From: Licmophora abbreviata | Taxonomy: Eukaryota | Direction: 5' to 3' | DNA length: 35,889 bases | NCBI GenBank assembly: GCA_900291995.1 | Contig: OLMU01002984.1 | Coordinates: 1-35,889, forward strand | In this document: in pieces, positions 1 to 9,684 of the stretch | Position numbering within the stretch: the stretch's first letter is position 1 | How the letters are laid out: every line of letters starts with the position of its first letter | Notes under the pieces: model-generated | Told to the model about the DNA's origin: nothing | Databases searched by the model: none | Seen by the model: the letters and a program-made list of their open reading frames with translations, nothing else | Position numbers and translations under genes: made by a program

Positions 1-164
1 ATCTCACTGAACAATAAGGGAATCCAATCGCCACAGATTACAGAAGCTTTGTCCATGTGATCAGCTCTACTAGTTGTATCTTCTTTCGTTTACTATGACG
101 CTTTAAGCAGATCTTCCTTCACAAGTCAACTAGGTTCACCAACTGCAACCATCAGCTATCGGCG

Positions 165-1118
165 CTACTTCTTTCCGAACAATTTATCAAAGAATCCACC
201 GCCACTTTCCAGGTCCGAGTCATCTGCAGAACCCCCGGGGCGTTGCCTTTTGCCGCAAGATACAGACGAAAGAAACTCGTCAGCGAAACGAAACTTCAAG
301 AGCAAAGATCAAGGCAAACACAGGCTACTCCACATCGCTACTCACATGTATGGGAGATCTTTCGGATTTTTGACCTTCGTATCGCAATTCAACATGAGTG
401 GGTGAGGGAAGCGAGTGTTCGACAAAGAGCGCAAATGTGAGAGTAAGTCGGAGGCAGCAGGATGCACTACGTCGTCTACACAACGTGGTCAAAACAACGC
501 AAGCAAAAATATACGAAGCCAGGAGCGCCTCATGAAAGCGGCTTTTTCTAGCTATACATCAGATCATACCTTAGTGGGATCGACCGGGAACAAATTCTTT
601 CCTCCGCTCTTCTGCCAGTCCGCTGAATCATGAGTGTGTCATGAAATTCGTCATGCAACAAGGTCAGTGAGCAGAACATGGTCACATGGTCAGACGTCAG
701 ACACACTCCATCAGTCGTCTCCTAGAACTTACAGAAGGATCTAGATTTGAACGTAGTGATTCCGGTCGCCCCTAGATTCTTGCCCTTGGTCTTGCCTTTC
801 TCCTTTTCTTTGAGCTTCTTCCACTGTTCCTTCGACATTCCCCTACGCCCCAGAACCATTGGCCGACGACAAAAAGTGAGAGCTTCAAACTCGACGCATT
901 CGTCCAGTGTACAGCGACGCTGTCGATCCGCTTGACGCCAGCTGTTCCTAAATACAATACAGTGCGGTGACTTACGAGGGAATATATTCCATGGTGATCC
1001 CTGCTCCGTTGTGGGAACCTGCCAACCGACTGCCGGCAAAAGACGATCCTGAAAAGGCTGCATCTCCAGGTACGGCGCCTGCCAAGACGGCGAGAACACA
1101 GACAGCAAACGACTTCAT
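165..1118 (-). CDS. Small, probably plastid-targeted protein of unknown function (138 aa, 5 exons)
   Basis: Reconstructed as complement(join(165..246,346..374,570..622,733..842,976..1118)). All four introns are GT..AG and the phases close to 417 nt. Protein: MKSFAVCVLAVLAGAVPGDAA-FSGSSFAGSRLAGSHNGAGITM-EYIPSGMSKEQWKKLKEKEKGKTKGKNLGATGITTFKSRSFSDWQKSGGKNLFPVDPTKVKNPKDLPYMQRPGGSADDSDLESGGGFFDKLFGKK. A hydrophobic signal peptide, an A|F cleavage site and an S/G/R-rich transit peptide match the diatom bipartite (ASAFAP-type) presequence. Confidence 0.8.
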
Positions 1119-1546
1119 CTTGCAAGAAAGGAGATCTCTGGTGCTACTCGTACTTGTGCCCAGCAGTTGATGCGCTCTATAATGAGACCAGAGAGGACTG
1201 ACGCAGCGACTTGCTTGGCGCGACGATGGTTTGAAAGCAAGAATTCGCACTTGGCGGAAAGATGATGTGAGCAAAACCACGTCACTGATGACTGTGACGC
1301 GAAAAAAGTCACATTAGCTGTGTCGCATGCGACAGCCGATGACATTCTGACTGACTCGACCCAAACGTTGTCCGCCCATACCGGCAGTAGACTACCTTAG
1401 ACTGTCTTCTATGTTACAGTGTGATACCGGTACTCTAGCCATCACACGATGTAAGCATTGCCGCCACAATCAGACTATGACACCTGTACGCCGAAGCGAT
1501 TAGCGGTAGTATGTTTGGAGTCGCAAATCCTCTGATATCCAACTTC

Positions 1547-2632
1547 TTACTCAGGTCTTCCCAACACCAGCGCGAGTAGAGCCATTCTCACATACATGCC
1601 ATTTTCCATTTCCCTAAAGTAGGCGGCCCTAGGATCGTCGTCGACATCGGTCGATATTTCGTCTACACGCGGCAACGGGTGCATAACAATCATGTCTGAC
1701 GGAGCCGAACTCATCGTTTTGGTGTCAACAACGTAGGATCCCTACAAAGTCGATAGAGTGAGTGCAACGACGACGATCACCTCCTAAGCTTCGAATCAGT
1801 CTCAAGAACGCACCTTGAGTTTATTGTAGGCGCCCTCATTATCGAATCGCTCCTTCTGAATACGAGTTACATAGAGTACGTTAGCTCCCTGGGTGGCGTC
1901 TTTCAGAGACGAAAAAGATTGTTGAGAGACAGTCGAGTATTGACTGACGTAGTCTTGCACATACTGTGGCATTCCCAGCACGTCGGGTGCGCAATAGCGC
2001 AACGTGACATTCATCCCACTGCGCGCGAGCAGTTTGGCCAGCGAATGGACGGTCCGACCGTGTTTCAAGTCTCCCAGCAAGACGACGGTGAGGGACTTTT
2101 GAGAAGGTATTGGCGTGACACCCAGCTCGTCGCAAATCGTAAACAGGTCCAATAGAGCCTGAGTGGGATGCTCACCAGTGCCATCGCCAGCATTGAGCAC
2201 TGGTTTCGTTGCTCGAGAAGTCACCTCGCCAACACTCCCAGTGACTGGATGTCTCAATGCAGTGACATCAACGTAAGACTCGAGGCACCGTATCGTATCT
2301 GACAAAGTCTCTCCCTTTTTGTTGGCGGAAGTGTTTCCTTGGCCGTCAACGTGAATGACGGATCCTCCTAGTCGCTGCATGGCAGCCTGAAAGCTACATG
2401 TCGTTCTGGTGGATGCCTCGTAGAAGACAGTGGCGAGGACACGGTGTTTAAGGCGATCGTCTCCCCCCTGATCGCGAACAAGATCCTTCATTTGCTGCGC
2501 AGTACGAAACAAGAGCCCGAGACCTTCTGTCGTCAGTTGCTGGACCGAAAGTAGCGGCGAACCCTTCCATGAGGCAGGGTCTGACGTAAGTGAGTCAATC
2601 AGCGATGGAGGAATTCTGTTTTCGCTGCTCAT
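1547..2632 (-). CDS. pyrB: Aspartate carbamoyltransferase (ATCase), standalone, 337 aa, 2 exons
   Basis: complement(join(1547..1741,1814..2632)); intron GTGCGT..TTTGTAG. Motifs [36 protein letters not shown] and YVTRIQKER; exon 2 carries [29 protein letters not shown]. Confidence 0.95.
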
Positions 2633-3090
2633 TGTTGTGTCCTCGAGGGAAGCGTAAGACAAGAGTACCGGGCACATTGAACATGTACCGCAACATCGAA
2701 CACCAACAAACATTGCACGTTTGACACGCCGGCGGATCTGTATCATAAAAATTGTAATGATTGTTAAACATTTAAGATGAATTCAGATATGAGTAATACA
2801 AGAAAAGAGGTCCATTTAGCTAGAACGTGTTTTCTCGCGTTTTTTGTCAAACCTTCACAGCTCATGACCCGATTTGTTTTCAGCCAGTCAACTTTCAACT
2901 TTCACACTTTTGGCGCGCCACCCGACATCTTCTCAATCTCGCCATCTTGAATCAAAATCTCAACCGGTCAACCTGTCGCGCTCAAGTTCAAGGTGTTATC
3001 GAGCCTTTCACTGTGCTCTATCTGGTACCTGGTACCGGTACTTGGACCCTGCCCATCTCCCGCACGCATTTATTTGCGTTCACATTCGCA

Positions 3091-4109
3091 ATGGCGTCGA
3101 TAGACATTGAAATGACTACCGAAACTGGCCCCAATCTCGACATGTCGAACACCAGGACGACCATCGACGCATCAGTCGTACAAAGCCGTGTTCTGCAGAG
3201 TGCATCGCTCGCCACAGAAGATGGAATGGACGTCAACTCCGGTATGGATCTTGCACAGCAACCAACCTTCCCCAAACTGTCGGCGGTGGAAGCTCGTGGT
3301 GGACGGACTGAATATCGACGAGTTCGTTGTCCGCCACATCGATACACTCCTCTTCGCGAGAACTGGGAGCAGATGTTGACGCCCCTGGTGGAATTCCTCA
3401 AATTACAGGCAAGTTTGTCACGCTTCACTTTTAATTTTGACTAACGCAATCGCATAGGAGGAAACAGGCCAAAACACGAGCGCATAGAGTTGTTCTTGAT
3501 ACCGCCACGGGCGGAGAACCCATCAGGAAGCCTCCATGCTGTCAAGGATGTCACGGCGCGGCGTCGGTCGCAGTCTGATGCACACGATTGTTTCTGTATT
3601 CTGTACCCAAGTAACCGATCTTCCAACCGTCTGTCTCATCTGCATTCTGTATTTTCATGTTCTTTTAGGTCCGATTCAATACCAAAACTCGATCTGTGGA
3701 GATGAAAACATCGAAGCACACCGTCGATTCTGGTGCGCTTCAAAAAGGGGCCGATTTCGTGTCTGCATTCATGTTGGGATTCGAAGTTCAGGATGCCGTT
3801 GCACTTTTGCGCTTGGATGACTTGTATGTCGAATCGTTTCAAGTCACGGACGTGAAAATGTTGCGAGGAGACCACTTGTCGCGTGCCGTTGGTCGTGTTG
3901 CCGGACAGGATGGCAAAACGCGATTCGCCATTGAGAATGCCACTCGCACCCGAATTGTTATTGCTGATACTAGAATCCATATGCTAGGAAGCTATGCCAA
4001 CATTCGAGTGGCAAGAAACGCCATCTGTGATCTCATTCTAGGGGCCCCGCCTGGAAAGGTATACAACAACATGCGAAACGTTAGCAAGAGAATGAGTGAA
4101 AGGTATTAG
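3091..4109 (+). CDS. PNO1: Pre-40S assembly factor PNO1/Dim2 (KH-domain RNA-binding protein), 252 aa, 2 exons
   Basis: join(3091..3408,3669..4109). Motifs RRVRCPPHRYTPLRENW..LVEFLKLQ|VRFNTKTRSVE, LQKGADFVSAFMLGFEVQDAVALLRLDDLYVESF, DHLSRAVGRVAGQDGKTRFAIENATRTRIV and LILGAPPGKVY. The join requires a GC-AG intron. Confidence 0.95.
3409..3668 (+). other. Non-canonical GC-AG intron (260 nt) of PNO1 with internal structure
   Basis: Donor CAG|GCAAGT (consensus apart from GC) and acceptor TTCTTTTAG|GTC. Splicing joins LKLQ to VRFN exactly as expected for PNO1. Confidence 0.88.
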
Positions 4110-4470
4110 CGAGCGCGAATAACAGTCGTAGGTGACATGAGCGCAGCGACATACAGCCACCCAGGACGGGCACCTATCCTAATGCTTAGCAATTGTCAGT
4201 TCTCTTTCTTTCTCTCTTTTGGTGCGCCTTTCATCTTCTCATGATCCTACTGCTGATGATAGTTCCCGACAAGCAACAACAAACAACCCTTGAACCGTCT
4301 GTCTGACCTTCTGCTCACACCCACAACCAAAAACGCAAAACGACAAAACGACGATCAAAGAAGAGCCGCCGGCTGTTGCATTCATTGAGCGTGTCGGTGA
4401 GTCCTTCGGGGAGTCCATCTCGTTCGCTAATCCCCTCCTCAGGCCCCAGGCTGGTACTCTTCATTCAGCA

Positions 4471-4935
4471 ATGACGTCGAATAGCTGGGATCTGCAAGGG
4501 CACGAGTCCAACCATGTGACGGGTTATGGCAACATCGAGGGGCAGCCGCAAGATCGTGATCGTCGTCGTCAAACTGCAAGAGAATCGCACGAAGTCTCGA
4601 CGCCGTCGAGCAACGCCAACTCCCTAATATCGACATTCGTACGTGCGTTGATTTCATTGCCGCTTACTATCATGGTGATGATATTGGCATCGGCAGTCCA
4701 GATTCTCACAAAGTACCTTGGTCGAGGAATTCCACTGTTTGAGAACTGGTTCTTTGCTGCTGGGGAGGGGGATACCCCAATCCAAGATATTCCCGCTGAG
4801 CAAGAACGACAGCACCAAGAGCTACATCTTGTTCATCGGAACCAGGTGCATCAGAAAAAGCAAGTGGATGATTTGCGACGTAGAATCCAAGCGCTGGAGC
4901 GACGGCAACAACAATCCAAGGGAAACAGGCGCTAA
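4471..4935 (+). CDS. Hypothetical protein, 154 aa, with one hydrophobic segment and a C-terminal coiled coil
   Basis: ATG-initiated ORF filling the gap between PNO1 and BUD23. TM-like stretch LISLPLTIMVMILASAVQIL and coiled-coil-like KKQVDDLRRRIQALERRQQ. A possible 5'UTR intron starts at GTGAGT 4397 (CTAAT branch near 4427; AG at 4442 or 4468). Confidence 0.5.
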   Translation: MTSNSWDLQGHESNHVTGYGNIEGQPQDRDRRRQTARESHEVSTPSSNANSLISTFVRALISLPLTIMVMILASAVQILTKYLGRGIPLFENWFFAAGEGDTPIQDIPAEQERQHQELHLVHRNQVHQKKQVDDLRRRIQALERRQQQSKGNRR

Positions 4936-5484
4936 TTGAAATTTGGGAAGCAATGCCGATTGGGGGCCAGGGGTTTGAGCGTCGACTGTGCATTCTCTAC
5001 TGCTCTAGTATCATATGCAGTTGAGGTCACAGTAAATATATAGAGCTGCCAACCCTTGTTGTGACATCTCCTTGAATGATCCAGTGATCCGCCAAGACTT
5101 CCTCGTCCTCGCTCGATATCGTCGATCGACGATATGCATACGACGCGTAAATATTCTCTCATTCCCGATGGAAACGTTAAAAGCCTCCCTTGCCGAACTC
5201 AAGATTTGCGTTCGTTCTTCGAAGCCAATAGTTTCTCTTTGGAAAAGGTTTAGTTTTGATCCTGTGTCAACGATGAGTTGGCGACGAAGGCGGCGATTTG
5301 GATTACGTCTTGCAAAAAAGCAGGCCTCATCATCGTGCTCGATGGTTGACTAAATGTACTACGATGTGTGTGCGCCCTTGTCATCATCGCGCCACCGGGC
5401 TCGGCGAGTCATTCTAGCTAAGCTACGTTGTTGTCTCACAAACGGGCGATAGTGTCGCTAGGGTCTACAGTCGCATCTATGATC

Positions 5485-6426
5485 CTAGAATTTGGTTGGT
5501 CGTCTTCTGGCTGTGTACTTTGAATCAGGACGCACTTCCTTTCCTTTCTTTCGCTGGGTATCCTTTTTGTGAATAATCCATTCTTTGGTTTTGATTCCTC
5601 CTTTCTTTTTCCGCGGTGGTCGCTTTTTCTTGCCACTCTCTTGCGTGTCAACACGAACCCCTTGCGTGGAACCAAGCAGCGATCCCTCAGAAAGGGCCTG
5701 TGGTGATTTGAACGTTCTGTCAAAGGACAATACCAGATAGTGCTTCTTGGCTTTCGCGGAGTTGGGGTAGTCCACAACGATTCCGCCAGCAAAGCCTACT
5801 TTGGCCGCGCACTCCGAGACCAGCACGGCTTGCTCAGCAGTCTCAGGATAGAACTGAAGGACCGCGCGTCCACCGCGGCGAAGTACTTGATAGAGAGCTG
5901 AAAAGAACCGTGTCAATCTTCGCTTTGGAATCTGATTCTTCGCATTCGAGTAGCAGAGCCACTGTATGGCTGAAATAGAGATACAGCCGTCAAACGACGC
6001 GGGACGAAAAGGTAGTCCCGTTCCCATATCATGGTGCATGAGGTCACCCATAGATGGGGCTCGCGTATCCCTGTCGTCCTCTTCGTCGCTACTAGGATCG
6101 CCATCCTTCATAATGGCACCGTCCTCGTGTGCGCCGCCTGCCCGCTTTCGTTCGATTCTCTCGTTTGCCACGTCCAACATATCTCTCGCCACGTCGCATC
6201 CAACCCACACATGCCCCTTTTCTTCAAGGACCTGCCCCGACAAGCCAGAGCCACACCCGACGTCCAGAACGAGAGATGGTCTGTCGTCAGGAAGCCGAAG
6301 CAATTCAATGGCGCGCTCTGTAATCTCGCGCTGAATTCCAATCATTCGACTGCTGCTATCATACTTCCTTGCCTCCTTTCGATTGTAAAACAGGGAAGCA
6401 GGCCCCGTAAGCTCGGGACGCGACAT
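5485..6426 (-). CDS. BUD23: 18S rRNA (guanine-N7) methyltransferase BUD23/WBSCR22, 313 aa, intronless
   Basis: N-terminal MSRPE..PASLFYN..EARKY, SAM motif VLDVGCGSGLSG, DMGTGLPFRPASFDGCISISAIQWLC, LQFYPE, GFAGGIVVDYPNSAKAKKHYLVL and C-terminal PDSKYTARRR..F. Confidence 0.96.
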   Translation of the reverse strand: MSRPELTGPASLFYNRKEARKYDSSSRMIGIQREITERAIELLRLPDDRPSLVLDVGCGSGLSGQVLEEKGHVWVGCDVARDMLDVANERIERKRAGGAHEDGAIMKDGDPSSDEEDDRDTRAPSMGDLMHHDMGTGLPFRPASFDGCISISAIQWLCYSNAKNQIPKRRLTRFFSALYQVLRRGGRAVLQFYPETAEQAVLVSECAAKVGFAGGIVVDYPNSAKAKKHYLVLSFDRTFKSPQALSEGSLLGSTQGVRVDTQESGKKKRPPRKKKGGIKTKEWIIHKKDTQRKKGKEVRPDSKYTARRRPTKF

Positions 6427-6755
6427 GTTGCGCAGCGATTGTCAGAGCGGGGCAGGGTAACGATGACAAGACTGTAGTATTGATGTCAGTACAATCTCCG
6501 ACATCGAACGGCCCCCGCAAGAACGAAGAAAAGTGAAATAGATTTCAGATTTCACATGTCATCACCGATTTCATATTTTTCATGGCTCTGACGCGCCCGC
6601 CCGGAGGCTCATGACCCATCCTTTGCTCGCGACGATAGCGTAGTGGTCTATCTGGCTGCACATGGCTCATGAGCACGACGACATCAGAGCCAAGCTACTA
6701 GTACTCCAGTTCTTTCTTGATTTTTTTTTCACTCTTGTCTTCGTCTTTTCTAAAC
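6427..6755. promoter_or_regulatory. Compact divergent promoter region BUD23 / MRPL25
   Basis: About 330 bp between head-to-head start codons. Contains GCTCATGACCC (6607-6617), GCTCATGAGC and repeated GATTTCA. Confidence 0.5.
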
Positions 6756-7163
6756 ATGAGAGCAGCGCTGCGCCAGCTGTGCAAGAAAGGGGAAGCGGCA
6801 CTGAAACCCACGTTCAATGCGGACACTAAGAAATGGCGAAAGCCGGCGGTGTCGAAACGCATCGCTGCTGTGATACGAAAGCATGCCTTGGCGGACGGAA
6901 CGTTTGGGTCGTTTGATCATTTGACGGGACAGGGGTGGGATCCCAGATGGGACTCGATTGGGCAGGTCGGAACGATGCAACTGCGACCACCCAAGCAGAC
7001 GGCTCGACAGAGATCACGAGAATCGCGCGCACAGAAGATTGAAGGGCTTTTGGAGGGAATGGACGATAGGATCGAGGAGTACCGAGTCAAGAAGCAGCAA
7101 GCCAAACCCGAACGTTCCTTTGAGAACTACTATAAGAATCTTATGGTACCGAAGAAGAGGTAA
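6756..7163 (+). CDS. MRPL25: Mitochondrial large-subunit ribosomal protein mL59/MRPL25-like, 135 aa
   Basis: Basic protein with LKPTF..KKWRKPAVSKR.AAVIRK and PPK...RQRSRESRAQKIEGLLEGMDDRIEEYR, resembling the MRP-L25 family pattern. Divergent from BUD23. Confidence 0.7.
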   Translation: MRAALRQLCKKGEAALKPTFNADTKKWRKPAVSKRIAAVIRKHALADGTFGSFDHLTGQGWDPRWDSIGQVGTMQLRPPKQTARQRSRESRAQKIEGLLEGMDDRIEEYRVKKQQAKPERSFENYYKNLMVPKKR

Positions 7164-7721
7164 GCACTAAGCACGACCGTTGCACCGACAAGATGAGAAC
7201 AGTGCTGTAATGTTAGTGTGGACGTCGGTTGATAGCAGAAAGAGAGAGTGATCTATAATCGTAGGGGGGATTCTTCAATGAGGCGTCAAGATACCCTTTT
7301 TCGCATTTCGCTGGTCGCCGAACGTCTGTGGCTGCTACGCAGGCTAGCGAGATCGACTTCGTATTTGCAGCTGTGGCGTACCGGTACGCAAACTAGCTAC
7401 TCTTTAACACTAACTGATATCATAAGTACTTCGAAGTAGGTGCATGATAACCGAAGTGCGGCTGCAGAAGGAACTTCTAGCTGCTCCCTCAGTACTGTGT
7501 TTGGCGCGTTTGTCAAGCATGAATAACAGCCCCACTATAACATCGATCACACTGACTCTGTGTGGTCCTTTCAGCTTCGAAACTCCTCAAAGGAAGTCGA
7601 ATGAGTCGAGTCGACGGAGTTGGTCGCCGCAGGGCACAACTCACTGTCAACGCGACCACACACATCATGATACAAAAAAGGACAGGATCCCTGCTGGGAA
7701 AAAGACGACAGGATTGTCATC

Positions 7722-8036
7722 ATGGGCACTGGCGACCCAGTACGGACATATCTCTTGATTAAAGCAAGGCCCACTGTATCGGACCCTCGTGAACTCCAAA
7801 CCATAATCCAATTCTCGCTCCGGAGTCTGTTCGGCGAATTGGAGCCCCACAGTCATGGCCTCCAGGTAATTGAAACGAATGGCCGGCATGCGATTGTCCA
7901 ATGTCAGCTTTCTTCGGTCGCTTGTGTTCGAGCTGCTCTGACATGTTGCACACCGCCGACATACCTGGAATCTTCGCACTACCAGTTTGACGTATTGCAA
8001 ACGAGCAGGAAAAGGCCGACGCTTGAATGGGGTTGA
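7722..8036 (+). CDS. Rpp14/Pop5/Pop8-like RNase P/MRP subunit, 104 aa
   Basis: RTYLLIK..IIQFSLRSLFGE..AIVQC....VACVRAALT..FDVLQTS follows the Rpp14/Pop5 pattern (RYL; L..LFG; VRAAL; V...S). Size fits. Confidence 0.55.
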   Translation: MGTGDPVRTYLLIKARPTVSDPRELQTIIQFSLRSLFGELEPHSHGLQVIETNGRHAIVQCQLSSVACVRAALTCCTPPTYLESSHYQFDVLQTSRKRPTLEWG

Positions 8037-8168
8037 CCAATCGACGAAGGTGTTTCGAACCTACAACCAATACATGTCAGTCACCAGTTAACACAGACAG
8101 TCCTGCTGGTATGGCGTGTCTATTTGTTTTATGGCATAGAGGGCCGCTCTTCTACTTTTTTGAAACAG

Positions 8169-9262
8169 TCATGAAGTTAGCGACTTGAAGTGATCTTGTC
8201 GCTCCATCGTCTTCGCATACTGTTTCCCTTGTTCCAACAAAGCCCAGATGGAATCTTTTGATAGCGCCTGGACGAATTCTAGGGCTCGTCCTTCCATCGC
8301 AGGGTCCCGTCGGTAGTCCAATACTATTGATCTACAATCTTGGTTTGGGGGGATGTAGTCTTTTGAGGTTGCAAGGAAGGAGCCGTCAATGTGTTGCTTA
8401 TTTCGAAAGCTATACGTAAGACGGCCGTCGAGGAACCATGGCTGCGGCGTACATAGTAGGGACAGATGCATGGTGATCGATCAGACCGTGTCACAAGGCT
8501 TGAAGACAAGACTACAAGGAACTCGTCTTCTTCAGAAGATTAGCACTTACAATATGAACACTCGCCATTGCGCAACTAATCAAGTCCTCCTTGTCCTTGA
8601 ACTCGTCAATTCTTGTTTTTCCGAATGTCGGAATTGGCGTTACCAGCACCGACAGCTGAAATATACACCCGATTGCGACCAGTGAGATGATAAAGCAACT
8701 TGTACACGAGAGATTCAAGACAGTTCGATCATTCCAATCTACTCACGCGGCCCGCGACATGTTCTGCTGCATCGTCAGGCAATAGTTCGTCTAGCCAAGC
8801 TTCAACTAATGGACCCCAAATTCCTTGAAGACCTTTCGTTCGTTCCCATACACCAGCTTGCTCAGACAGGTCTAGAGCTAGCTCCGTCGCTGCGTAAAAG
8901 TCGACGTCAGACGCCGTCAGAGTTGCCGTTAGCGCACCTGCACTCGCGCCGCTCATGGAGAGCCCTTTCAGGTCGTAGCCTTGGTCACGAAGATATTGGA
9001 CGGCGCCCGCCTGCCAGTAGAAGAAAATACCACCTCCCGGGAACACAAGATGTGACGAGGGCAAGTGCAGAAGGGACTGGCTGTTTCGAGTCGAGAGCGG
9101 TGAATTTCCATCGCCTCGTTGCAGTCTGCATCGCAACGGTTCGGGCTCACGTTGATAATTATTGTTCAACGTAAACGCCCGGGCACAACGCCTCCCTGGG
9201 AACGAGCCGACGAAAACCAATAGAAGAAGAATACGCGAAGGAAGAAGCCTCATACCTCTCAT
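8169..9262 (-). CDS. Patatin-like phospholipase/lipase with bipartite (plastid-type) presequence, ~297 aa, 3 exons
   Basis: complement(join(8169..8441,8551..8655,8747..9262)); both introns GT..AG, phase 0. Oxyanion motif FPGGGIFFYWQAG, nucleophile GASAG, MASVHIPWFLDG and catalytic IDGS. N-terminus has ILLLLVFVGS..ARA|F. An alternative ATG lies at 9253. Confidence 0.88.
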
Positions 9263-9684
9263 CAGTAAATCTAGCGATGTGAATGGCCAAGGGATGCTCG
9301 CCGCGGTGCCTTGGGGAGCTTTTGGTCGCGTCAACCGTCATCAAGGCTTGACACTGCAGCGACGCGGAGGCGTGAACCCAGACGTCCTTTCATCATCAGT
9401 TTTGGCGCCAAGCTTTGAGTTGCACTATAAGCAAATGTATCCAATATATCATCATTAAACATTTCCTAACATAAATAATATAAAAACGGATGCCGTCTGC
9501 TTTCACAGATCACGACTCAACTCCGACCAAAAGTGAAAGAACATGCACAAAACGTGACTTGACTACGAGTATTCTTGTTGTCATACCAACAAAAACTTGC
9601 TCTTGTTTTGGAAACAAATACCTTCAAGCACTTCGATCAAGAACCCCAACTGGATACTCACTCGACTCCGCTCATTGCTCTGCC

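Noticed and set aside
2633..2746. N-terminal ORF-track extensions (ATCase from 2746, PNO1 from 2827, 9490 start, F-box from 21099)
   Set aside because: They run through promoter, UTR or intron-like sequence, some use non-ATG starts, and homology begins at the downstream ATGs.
3460..3580. U3 snoRNA or TPP riboswitch in the PNO1 intron
   Set aside because: It lacks U3 box A/A', B and a canonical C box, and lacks the TPP core motifs (CTGAGA, ACCTGAT).
4241..4308. C/D-box or U13-like snoRNA (ATGATCCT..TGATGA..CCCTTGAACC..GTCTGACC)
   Set aside because: The boxes are only about 50 nt apart, there is no terminal stem, and the long antisense to 18S (ACCTTGTTACGAC) expected for U13 is absent. Probably chance; an Rfam scan would settle it.
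4936..5484. Short ORFs between the hypothetical gene and the BUD23 3' end
   Set aside because: No protein-like features or consistent exon chain; likely convergent 3'UTRs.
7164..7721. ORFs 7248..7439 and 7444..7758
   Set aside because: No recognisable motifs; more likely the MRPL25 3'UTR and the promoter of the Rpp14/Pop5-like gene.
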